In this document: piece after piece, positions 14,450 to 26,643 of the stretch
Layout: each line of letters opens with the position of its first letter
How positions within the stretch are numbered: the first letter of the stretch is position 1
From: Basidiobolus meristosporus CBS 931.73
Taxonomy: Eukaryota > Fungi > Basidiobolomycota
Length of the DNA: 64,000 bases
Assembly (NCBI GenBank): GCA_002104905.1
Contig: MCFE01000458.1
Location: 7,806 to 71,805 of the forward strand
Direction: 5' to 3'
Translations under genes and position numbers: made by a program
Notes under the pieces: generated by a model
Databases searched by the model: none
Seen by the model: only the letters and a program-made list of their open reading frames with translations
Told to the model about the DNA's origin: nothing

Positions 14450-15400
14450 GTGTCTACAATGAGCCTTTAAATAGATATTTGGGCACTACTCACTAATCTG
14501 GCAGAACTAGATACCTCAGAGAGTCAACAGAGATGGGAGAACCTGAGTAGAAAGCCATGGCATGAGTTCTACATCAAGATGCCAGCAGATGTATGTAAGA
14601 AGATATATAACAAGACAAGCATTGAAATCAAGAATGAGTTGAGCATAAGGGGATTTGATAAGGAAGCTGCATGGGAGCAATTTTGGACACAGTTTGCTCA
14701 GTATAGGCTGGACATGTCAGTATGTACCTTGACTTTGGGAACCAAACAGATTTTGAAAGGGTTTTTGCCTCAAATGACTAATGTACTACATGATATATCA
14801 ATAGAGCTGAGTGGCTTCCAAGAGCAATATACACAGGACTCATCCAGGCAACAGTTCCTAAGTATCCAACAGAGGGTAAGTGAATACCTTGGGGAATTAG
14901 AAGGTGAGCTTCAAGAGAAAGAATACGGACCTCCAGCAACAGCATCTAGATTGCGCCAGCCCACCTTGCTTGATTCCTTACCAGCCCTTGCAACTTCAGC
15001 ATACTGGTGCATGTCAGTCCAAACCACGGCAACACCCTTCACATGAGTGCCCTGCATCAAGTGAATGCATGTTGGGTCAATGTGTGCGCTTGAGAGCAAA
15101 ACCCCCAGAGCTTGACAAACTGCTCATTTAGACACAAGTCCATTGGAGTGGGCAAAGTTGCATCAAAACACAGCATCACATCAGACTCAGCCAAGAGCCA
15201 TGCCAGTGCATCAAGTTATCTCTGCGCATGCCATTATACCTGACCATCAGCAAGTTTCTTCTGGTGAACTGACTAATGATGACCCACAAGAAGTGCCTCC
15301 ACCACCTGAGCCTTTGGCAGGTAAAAGAACATTTCAGCACATAGTAATGCAGGCTAGCTCAGTAGCATCATCCGGAGCAATTTAGTGCAGCCAAGCTGCA
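14450..15400 (+). pseudogene. Probable Harbinger second ORF (divergent partner gene; Myb/SANT-like identity is inferred)
   Basis: Lies inside the TIRs, divergent from the transposase, and includes the 155-aa ORF 14579-15046 preceded by QRWENLSRKPWHEFYIK. Homologous pieces at 5.2-5.45 kb (+) and 6.5-7.2 kb (-). Confidence 0.45.
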
Positions 15401-18400
15401 GCATTGCACTCATTGACTAGGAGGCAATAACTGACTACAAATACACAAGTAGCCAAGATTGTAGTCAATAAGAAAGGGGCTTAGGTATATAAAGTGAATC
15501 ACTACCAGATGCTTCAGTAGTAATCCCTGTGAGAAAAAAACCTAGGAGAGGATGATGCAATTGCATTAAATCACTATTATTTGTCATAATCCAAACAGCA
15601 CATTTTTCTTGGAATCCGCATCAAGCCATTGCAAACCAGTGATTGCTAAATTTTTGATATAAGCAATATCAAGGTTGTCTCACATTTGAGACAGAACCCC
15701 CATAAATAAACACCCTGCATATATATACATCATCTGTGGCCCCAGTGCAGCCATTTAATCTGTTTTGCACCTATGAAATTGGTTGCGTGCTGGCTATGAC
15801 ACCTTGTCCAATCACTAGGATCAGGGATTTACTTACTCATGGGCAAATTGGCATATTTGATGGCAAATCAGGTAGCTTGTGTATTGGTCAAAGAGCCAAT
15901 TAAAGGCTTAAAGCTTCAGGATACTTTTGGACCAATTAACCAATGAGCTACCATCCAATTGGAGTGATGGTGACCAAAATGGTAAATATCAGTGTAGCTT
16001 ATAGTGTGATACATATCTATATTTATTTACATTGAAAAATGTATCCAAATAACAGATTTTATCTACTTTAATAGCGGTGTCTGATTGCTCATGTGATGCA
16101 AACATTACAAGTTGGTACAATCATTTGTGCCATCCTCATCATGTCAGATTTTGCCATAATGTGCAAGATTGCCCCATATGGTGCAAAATTGTCCTAGAGT
16201 AATCCTACCTACTGGTAGCTTCAATATTGCACCTAATTGGTCTAAGAGACCACAGATTGCACTGCATGCCCTGGCACAGTTCAATGGAACAAATCCACTA
16301 TATAGCTTTGCAATATTTGTTGCACTGCATCAGCTTCCTCAGATGGGGTATGACCAGAATATATCCGGAGTGTGAACAATGTTTTCCCTCAATAGTTGTG
16401 GATTCCTGACAATTTGGACATGTTGCATTGGTAGCATTTTTGGATGTGATTGCCATGCAACTGTTAACACATGCTGGAATCAGGGCAGTTTCTGGATCCT
16501 ATGCTGCCAGTCACATGATGGTTGCCCACTTGTACCATGTACATGGTAAGTTGCATCCTGGTATGATTTTGGCAAGAAGTAGTAATAAATCATCAAAGCC
16601 CCTACTACTGATATTAGTGGTAACACGCCACTTCTCTAGCCACAACATTACATCCTTCACCAGTAATTGGATTACTGGGCTCACTTGGCTCCATAAAGTA
16701 TCCTTGGCATTTGTTTCAATGGGTGTTGTCTCATTGCATATAGGGATTTGACTGGGCTCATATGTAATACTGTTGTTAGGGGAGATACACTCAAAATCCA
16801 TCAGTGAACCTTCTTTGTCAGGGCTATCACTCTGCATGTCATATCCAGATGCTGAGGTGAGCCTAAAGACATCACAAATTCACCTGACTTGGTTTGTGCA
16901 AGGTGACAAAGATGCCTGGTGCCAATAGAGAAGTATCAACTGGCCGGCAAAATAATGTTGGTACAGTAGTGACCTATGAATGGTCAAATTTGACTTTGTG
17001 GCAAAACACTGGCTATGATCCTTGTAATACTTCCTATGCTGTTTGCATGATTCATGACTGAGAGGCTTGCCACAATAGCCACATGGTCTTTTTTCTCTTC
17101 TCTTATGGTGTAGAATCAAAGAAGCCTTGTCTATGGGGCAAACAGTCTGACCTTCAACAACATAACTTTATTATATCACTTTTTGGTCAATACTTATGTG
17201 AACTAAAGACAGCCTTGTATTTGAGACATTGCACCCACATTAATGTAAGATTCAATGATGACCTGCCATAGTAAGCATTATAAATAAAGCTGTGGCGCCA
17301 CTTACACATGTATATTTAGCACTATTTCCCCTTTGGTTTGACTCACTTCCATATGTATTCCGCAAAAAATTAAAGCAAAGTTGCCTGGTTCCCAACCAAA
17401 CCCCACTGCTGACAGCAACATAAGAAAGGTTGGACAACAGCTTGCTTTGACATTGAGTGCAACAAGCAGGGCTTAATTCCAAAAAGGCCCTGTGGACAGT
17501 GTGCCCATTGAAGGTAATGATGCAGACTCCTCAGGCTCTCATTCAAGTAGACAATTGAGATCCTCTGTGGAGGCACAAGCTGACCGTTATGCTCAGGCAG
17601 ATGAGAATGTAGTAAACTCAGTGCCCTCAGCAGAAGACCAGTTAGTGGCTGTCATAACATCACCACTACCCATATTAGCAAGTATGTAGTCAGCTCATAC
17701 CAGAGCATTAATGAAGCAAATAGGCTCAGTGGCCAATAGGATAGATGTGATGGCTCAGAGAATTCAGGATATATTCCAGAAACAGGATGTGCAGATAATA
17801 CATGTGGATCAATCAATAATCCAGATAGAGAAAGCAGTATCCATGCTGCAAAGAAGGAACTCAAGTAGCTCAATATCACAGCCAAGAATTGAGCCATTTC
17901 CCAATGTAACAGCAAAGGAACACCGTACAGTCTTTGAAGCACAACAACAGTGCCCAAAGATAAAGCCCACAGAGAAAACTATCACACGGTGGGTGGGAGA
18001 CAATGTGGTGTTTATACCAAAGTCTAAAATCAATTGGCATTTGAGATCCTTGAAGCTGTTGAGTGCAATAGTGAAGAGTGGGCTAATATTCAAGAGGCTG
18101 TCAGAAGTCTAGCACACCATCACCTTAAGGCCAGCATATTATGGGACCATCAGGAACTCTAGCACAAGCAGAATGCACTTGACTTGTTCAATGAGCATTA
18201 TCCTGGACTCAAACAGGCAAATAGATTTTGGGCCAGCATAGGTATGCTAAGAAAGTATCTTAAGAATAGCAAAAACTATCAAAGGCAAAAGAACAAGGGT
18301 GCCATGGCAAAAGCCAGCGGCTTCCTCAAGAGCCTGTTACAAGTAGGGCCAAAAGCTTCAGAAAAGTGTCAAAGAGACATCAGGTAGCTGTAAGAATGCC

Positions 18401-20989
18401 AATGAGAGACAAGCTGGCCAACATAGATGCACCAGCACAACGTTTATCAAGGAAAAAGCATAGTATCACTCAAGAAGCACTCAGTCAAATCAGCAGTAAA
18501 AGACCTGGCAGTGATAAAAACCAGCAGCTTTTACAGGAGCCTGTTACATCTACAGTTGAGAGCTCAGAACAAGCAGTAAAGAAATGCCAGGTTGCCAGAA
18601 CAGTGCCAGCAAGGGACAAGCAGGCCAAAACAGATGCGTCAGAGCAGAATTTATCAAGGAGAAAACATAGTTCTTTACAAGAAGCACTCAGACAAAGTTG
18701 CAATGAAAGACCTGCTAGTGATTAAGGAGCTGGTAAAGGGAAAAATGTCTACCCAAGCCTGAGACAGGGAGGCACACAAAGAAAATGCAGTTCTTGCCAA
18801 TTAATGCGCAAACCTGAAACAGACTGAATCCCATTGTAGCCAAGAAGAACTACCAACAAGAAAACAGCAGTTTTCACAAGAGTTGGAAGCACAGCCAATT
18901 GAGCAACACTCCAGCACAGTAGATGAGTTTGCTGAAAAAGGCAATTTGTCTACCACAGCCTCCACATCCTCCATTGTTTACAGAGTGGCAATCCCACTGA
19001 CGGACAAGGCTATAACATCAACAACTCAAAAAACTATTGCAATGCCTTCAGTGGAGCTTTAGAACATTAATAGGCAAACCAAGAGGTTGCAGCACTTCTT
19101 CAAGAGCAGTGCTCAAGAAAACACACTGGAATATTGCAAGGATTTATTGTTAAGACTGGCAGATGAGGTGCTAGACCTTGCAGTGCCAGCTGAAGACTAG
19201 GACATGTGGGAACTAGTGGATGTACAGTGGCATAAAGCTTTTAGATTCCCACCATAGTTGTGGAACCAGAGCATTACAGCAGATCATTGATTGAATGGTG
19301 GATTTTATTATGGGTTACTTGTTGATTGTGGGGTTGGGCTTAATGTTAGTGTTGGGTATAGGGACTTGTACAGGTCAAGACAATTAGCAATTGAGATACA
19401 ACTGAAGTTTGAATGGAAATAAATCAATTTGTATGCATGAAAGTAAGAGAAACAGTGGAGTCAGGAAGTAAGGAGTGTGAAAATGAGGCAATAGTCAATC
19501 AGTGCACTCAAACATAGGAGGCAATTGAGTGTCTGGGATCAGAAAGTGAGCTAATTGGCAGGGAACCAATCAAAAGCCACTTATACATTGTTGTGTTGAA
19601 TAACTTTGACCAAGTTTTTGTGAAATCTGGGGTGCAACTATTTTTCAATGGTCTCTGGATGGTGTCCTGATGGGATCAGTACCTCTTAGTCACAGGACTT
19701 TATGCTGTGATGGCCTTTTGACAGGATTGTCCTAATAAAAATCCATAGGGAAAATTAGTAAAATGCGGTAACATTTATGTCATAAGATTGTGTGGAGGGT
19801 CAATAATTCCAAGCCACCAGCATTATAATAGACTCATTACAGGATTCTGAGGCCTGATATGGATTTGATCCAGCTGCAGGACCAAGTTATTATTTATAGG
19901 GATCTGTAATGAGGTTTTACTCCTACTTCTTGCCAAAATTACTTCAGGATGTTACTTACCAGGTACTTGGTATAATCAACAACTATCATGCAGCTGACAA
20001 CATATAACCCTGAGACCATCCTGATACCAGTATATATCAGCAGTTGCATGGTATTCACATCTAAAAGTGGCACCATTGTGTGGTGTCCAAGAATCCACTA
20101 CCACAGGGGGATACATTGATCACATTGCATTTGTATAGAAGTAATACCCCATCTCAAATGCTGATGCAGTCCAACAATTATTGTGAGGCTAAAAAGTACC
20201 ATACCCAGTATCAGTAAAGTGCCAACTTTGCTGATAGATTTGATGGCCAGCATTATAAGCAACTAAGTAGCAAGGGCTACTTTTAGGGTGTATGACCACC
20301 GTTTTGTGCTTGCACATTAAGAATTCTGACTGAACAAGTACTTGGCCTGAAAACTCTGCTGACCACCAATTCTTGTCAACCTGATTAAGTGGCCAACTGT
20401 ACAGTATCAGAGCAGAAATCTCATGGTAGTCTCACTGGTATCTGTGCCTGAACTGCTATGTGTGTGAGATCCAGGGACTTAGTCCATAATTAATACGCAT
20501 TATTATTATCCCAGTGCCAACTCTGAGGATATCATCCTCCCATATAGAGTGCATACAAAAGTCAGCATTTCATTGCTGCAAAGTTGACAAGTTATAAGTA
20601 ATTGGCCAGAGAATGGAACTTATTAAAAGCCAGATATACTAAAGATAGTGGGAATCTGCTGGAGCAAAAGCCTTGCACTGCAAGCAATGCATTTGCTCTT
20701 CAACAGTATCTCTATTTCAATGCTATATTAGCCCCTGATATGCTGGAGAATCTGTAAAGAATTTGAAATATAATACAGGGCATTAACTGCCAGCAGCACT
20801 TCTCACAGGCACCATTCAATATTCATACACATATGTAGCAATATCAATGCCAGGACTGGATTTACTGGATATGTACTTATTTAAGTGGCCTTTTGAGGCA
20901 ACTTCTACCAAGAGTATAATGGAAGTATTGGAAGTCATATAGTAACAATGTAGGAATATTTGTCCATTAGTGCATCAGCAATGACCACT

Positions 20990-23888
20990 CCAAATGAAAA
21001 GTAATATGGCCCTGCAGGTAGATTCCAACTGGATCAGCCATCAGGATCCCTTCAGGAGATCATTATAATACTACCAGCTTGGAATTAATGACCTTCTGCA
21101 CAACCCTATGAAAAGACTATAATATTGATTGGCTAATTGTATGGCCAAGTAAACTTTAACTTGAAGGTGTTTAGGCAGTGTTGTGCCAGGAGTGCCATAG
21201 TATTGTTGCAGTCTTAGTGCACTTTGCAACTATTTGAGTTGACCAGCCAGTGCATCTAATTTCCTTAAATGGCCAAAAGCTTGAGAGTGTTTTGAGAGTC
21301 TCATTGCAAGCCTCTTATAGCATTATAATGGCAGTATGGTGGCCTATAACTAGTTCTGTATAATGCTACTCTACCAACTTACCAAACGGTAGTTCCTTTT
21401 TCTACCTCCCTTTGTGCAACTGATATGTTCCACAGTAGAATCACCTTTCTTTATTTGCTTACCACATTTAATTCATATCAAAAAGTACTATAGCCTGCTG
21501 CTTACTAAACACTACAAACATGCACACTTGCCGCAAGTGACATATTTGTATCATCTCAACTGTACAGCTTTTTATTATGATACTTGCAAGGCTGCCATAT
21601 ACCCTGTATTGCTGGTAACATATGCATCTTGCAAATATATGCTTTGTTGCAGTCACATCTGCTATGAATAACTTCTGAATATCTGCAAAGATTTTCATGT
21701 AATTAGCCAAAACATTCCTTCTCCCTGCTGGATTCTAGCCCCCCTTATTTGTGCATTCTGGCTCTTGCTTGTGGGATATCCATATTGAATGGTGCAGAAA
21801 TGGGCTTGTGACCAAGAGAAATTCAGCATAACTTGGTAGAGTCAGACTCATAGTAATAGGTGCCTGTTGCATCCAACCCAACTTTGCATTCCTTAGCTGA
21901 TGACCCATGCTTTGGGGCTGCTCAGCTTCTTAATGCCATAGACATTAATGTCTCCATATGCACCTCTGTCCTCAGTATTTCCTACCTCTTCATGACTGTC
22001 CTCCAGATACCAACTCATCACTTCAATGACAAACTTGCAGGTAATATTCTTGAAGATATTTGGATACAGTAGCACATACAACTTGACTTGTTTTCCTATC
22101 TCCCCACACATCAGTATCATATGAAACTCCCAGAAGGTGAAGCAATATCCAAGATTCTGAATACACTAAGCAAGATGAAGTAGAGGATGTGAAGCTGTTG
22201 AGTGCAATGATGAAGAGTGGGCTAATATTCAAAAGGCTGTTAGAAGTCAAGCATGCCAACACCTTAAGGCCAGCATATCATGGGACCATCAGGAACTCAA
22301 GGCCAAGCAGAATGAGCTTGACTTGCTCCATGAGCATTTTCCTGGATTCAAAAAGGCAATCAAGTTTTGAGCCAGCTTTGTATTGATAAGAAAGCATCTC
22401 AGAAATAGTAGAAACTATCAAAGGCAGATGACAAGGGTGTAATGCCTAAGAACCAGCAGCTTCCTCAAGCGCCCATTACAAGCAGTGCCAAAAGCTCCAA
22501 GCAAGCTCCAATGAGAGATCAGGTAGCTGGAAGAGTGCCATTGAGGGAAAAGCATGCAGACACAGATCCTCCAGCACAACATTTTCCTTGGAAAAAGTGT
22601 AGCTCTACTCAAGAAGCACTTAGTCACAGTGGCAGTGAAGGACCTGGCAGTTATTAAAACCAGCAATTACCTCAAGATCCCATCATAGCATGGTCAGAGA
22701 GCTTAAAACAAGCAGGAAAGAAGTGTCAGGTTGCCTGCAGAGTGCCAGCAAGTGACAAGCAGGCCAAAACAAATGCATTGGAGCAGTGTCTATCAAGGAG
22801 AAAACATAGTTTAACACAAGAAGCACTCAGATAAAACAGCAGTGAAAGACCCAGCAAGGATAAAGGAAAAGGTTAAGGAAAAAAGTATACCCAAGCCAGA
22901 GACAGGGAAGTGAAAGAAAGAAGCTGCGGTTCTTGCCATTAATGCCATTAGCCTGCAACAGACTGAATCCCATCATAGCCAAGAAGAATTACAAACAAGA
23001 CGACTGCTTTATTCACAAGTGTTAGAAGCTCAGCCATTTGAGCTACACTCTGGGAGGGTAGATGAGTTTGCAGAGAAACGCAATCTGCCAGCCATAACCT
23101 CCACACCCTCCATAGTTGACAGAGCTGAGACACCACTGACTGAAAAAGTAACAACTTTGGGAACTCAAAATTCTATTATAATGCCTTCAGTGGAGTCTTG
23201 GAGAATTAAGAGGCACACCAAGAGGTTGCATCACTTATTTAAGGGCAGTGCTCAAGAAAGCACGCTTGAAAATTGCAAGGATTTATTGCAAAAGCTGGCA
23301 GAATAAGTTTTAAACCTTGCAGTGCTAGCTGAAGACCTGGATGTATGGGAACCAGTCAGTGAACAGTGGCATAAAGCCATAGGGTTCCTGCCAAAATCAT
23401 GGAAACAGAGTGCTACAGCAGATATACTTATTGATTGGGGGATCTTAATGGAGTTACTTGTTGAATGTGGGGTTGGGCTTAATGTTAGTGTAGGGTATAG
23501 GGACTTGTATGAGTTAATACAATTGGCAATTGAAGTACAACTGATGCTCAAACAGATATAAGTCAATCTGTATGCACAAAAAGTAAGAGAAATACTTGAG
23601 TCAGGAAGTAAGTGGTGAAAAAGAGGCAATGGTGAATCATGTACACATATATAGGAGGTGATAGAGTGTCTGGGATCAGAGAGTGAGAAAATTGCAGAGA
23701 ACCTATCAAAAGCCACTTTTGTATTGTTTTGACAAAAAGTTTATGAGTAAGTGCTTGTGAAATCTGGGGTGCAATTTATTTTTGATGGTCTTTGCATGGT
23801 CTTCTGATGGGGTCAATATCTCTCAGTCATGGGACTTAGAGTTTGTGCTGGTCTTTTGACAGGATCATCACTATAATTTTTCATAGGG
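20990..23888 (-). mobile_element. CACTA copy C, internally deleted (left end plus transposase C-terminus joined to the ORF2 C-terminus)
   Basis: Degenerate left end CCAAATGAAAAGTAATATGGCCC, right end TTTTTCATAGGG; junction near 22.18 kb. Confidence 0.7.
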
Positions 23889-26643
23889 AATATTCATTCT
23901 GAGGTGCATCATCAATGCCCATTTGGCACACCTACAACTTTTATGCAAGAGGTTTGTGACCAGATTTGTACAGCTAAGCTACAAGCATAAAGCTGAGCTC
24001 ATAAATATCTGCCACAACTGCATTGATCTTCTTCTTCACCTTGCTAGATGTGTAGAATATACTGAGCCTTGCCTCACCTTTTGGGAGTTTCCTATGAAGA
24101 AGATGAGTGGAGGATTAGAACACAAGTCAAGTCACAAGTACTGCTATATCCCAACTGCATCACAAATATTATCTTTAATTCCATAATAGAAGTCAGGAGT
24201 AGTCAAACACAGGATGGCTAGGAGGAGTAGAAAAATTAAGAGGACAGAAGTGTACTTGGAGACACCTATGCTGTTGGCATAAACTAGCAGACCAGCCCCA
24301 AAGGGTAGTGATCAGTCACATAAGGAATGGTTGGGTTGGAAGCAACAAGCAATCAACTTTTATTAAGAGAACTTTACCAAACTATGCAGGGCATCTCCTA
24401 GGTACAAGCCAATTTCTACACCATTCAATATGGAGCTTATACAAACCAGAACCAGAGCACACATTGGAAGGGGTTAGAAGCTATTGTGATGTTCTTGTCA
24501 AAATGCCATCACAAAATTAAGGTCCCATGACTAAAAGGTAGTGATCCTGTCAGGAAACCATGCCAGACTGTTGAAAAAAGTTGCACTCCAGAGCTCACAA
24601 AAACCAAGTCAAAATCTTTCATCACAACAATATGTCAGTTGCCTCTGATTGACTTCTTGTGGACATTGCAGAGAGTGACACCTTAGGGCTCATAACCTGT
24701 TAGTAAGAGTCTTGGAGATATTGGAAGTGATTGAGAGAACAAGTAGATTACATGGTTTTCACTTTACAATTTGTTGAATGAAAATGTAATATTTATACTT
24801 TCACATGGTCTTGACATAATAAACATGTAGAACTGGTTTAAGAAGATCCAAAGAAGATGAGTGCAAAGTTTGGGGCTGTTTGGACAACTTTGAGAATTTT
24901 CATGTTCTGGGTACCTGATATTTTGGTGAAAATACTCTAGGTAAATCCCAACAAGGAATTTGGTCAGTATTCTCAAGGATTTGAAGGTAATTATCTAAGT
25001 TACTAAGATAGGTGAATATTTAGGAGGAATACAAATTGTTGCAACACTCCCACTCAGCTAAATGTTTATCTTGACTAGTCCTAATTTGACCCAAGATATT
25101 CAAACTTGTCTCTAGCTAATGGCTTGGTGAATATGTCTGCAATTGTTTCATCTGAAGAACAGCAAACTAAGCTAACTAAGTTATTTTCTATAGCTTCACA
25201 TATAAAATGATGTCTAACATCTATGTGCTTAGTTCTAGTATGTAAAGCTGGACTTCTACCTAATTGTATACATCCTTGATTATCTTAAATAAAGTTATAG
25301 GCATTTTTTGACATAGGCCTAAATCTGTAAAAAGCTTTCTTAGCCACATTGCTTCTTTTGTAGCTTTACAGGCTGTCATATACTCTGCCTCTGTGTAGAA
25401 AGTGCTATGGTTGGTTGCTTTCTTAAATACCATGAAATTGCTCCTTGACAGTAAAGAAAGGTGTATTCTTTGGTGAATCTTCTGTCTTCTAAACTTGTCC
25501 CCAATCTGCATCAGAGTATCCCACAAGATCCAGCTCCAAATATTTATAAGTAATCTCAAGCAGATATCAGCAGTTTCTTTTAGGTATATAAAAATCCGCT
25601 TAACTGCTGCAATATGATCAGATCCATAGTTCTAATTATGTTGGCTGACAACTCCCACTGAATATGAGATATCTGGACATGTTTCAAGCATATAATGCAT
25701 TGGACTGCCATTCATAGATTGATAAGGAAAGTTAGGGCTTTCAGATGGCATCAAGCTCTCTTGATTTGGTTGAATTTTGACCTAGTGAAGGCTTGTCTCC
25801 ATTGGGGTAGCTGCTGGTTTACAGTCTTCCACTTGATACTTCTTTAGTATATCTTGAATGTACTTGGATTGGCTTACAGTGATAGTCTGCATACCTATGT
25901 CTATGAAGAACTTAATCACTAAGTAGTAACCAGGTTCTCCAAGATTGGACATCTTGAGCTTCTTAGATAGGCTGGATCTAGTCTCTTCCAATGTTGATAA
26001 GTTGTTGGCAGCTATAATAAGATCATCCACATATAGAGCTAATAGAACTGGATATACTCTATCTGGCATGTAGTATACACTATACTCAGCATTACTCCTT
26101 TTGAAACTCAAAGACTCCAAATAAAAATATATCTTCCAATTTTGGGCTCTTGGTGATAGTTTGTGACCATATAAAGATTTTTTAAGCTTGCAGACCTAGT
26201 GAGGGTTATCTTGGTCAACAAATCCATCAGGCTGGTCCATTTACACGTTCTCAGCAAGTTCTTCATTCAAAAATGCAGCTTTTACATCTATTTAATGTAC
26301 AAAAAACTTGTATTTGGCTGCAACAGCCAATATCAATCGGATGGAATTAAACTTAGCTACCAGTGCAAAGGCTGCAGTATAGTCAAGTCCTTTTGTTTGA
26401 GAGTATCCTTTGGCCACAAGACTTGCTTTGTATCTTTCAATTGTACCATCAGCCTTGTATTTTGTCTTGAAGACCCATCTGCATCCAGTTGATTTTTGGT
26501 TCATTAGTAATTTGACTAAGATGTCATTTTTGGTTAAAAATTTGAAATTTCATCAAACCACACATCCCTGGACTTGATCAGCTTCTTTGCTTCAGTATTG
26601 TAGAGTCTGTATGCCTTACTCTCATTGCAGCAGCCCAAAAATA

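Larger units (their letters stand above)
12897..16296 (-). mobile_element. PIF/Harbinger DNA transposon, 3.4 kb, inserted in a CACTA transposase
   Basis: TIRs TGACTTGTTCCATTGGATTGTGCC and GGCACAGTTCAATGGAACAAATCC resemble Tourist/PIF TIRs. 3-bp TSD ACT at 12894-96 and 16297-99. The uninterrupted CACTA copy near 44.45 kb shows a single ACT at the empty site. Confidence 0.88.
10688..19750 (-). mobile_element. CACTA/EnSpm element copy A: Transposase_21-type gene on minus (about 10.9-16.9 kb, split by Harbinger) and a divergent ORF2 on plus (about 17.5-19.5 kb)
   Basis: WPLILINLNL..SGPKS..DSHLSPL..GDTPAICKIASFSGHNGRYCC (12315-12773) and ISSRGFDDLL..LPC.WY (16511-16837) are tnp2-family motifs. 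The right end is CATAGGG at 19744-19750; the left end is truncated. Many stops. Confidence 0.8.
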
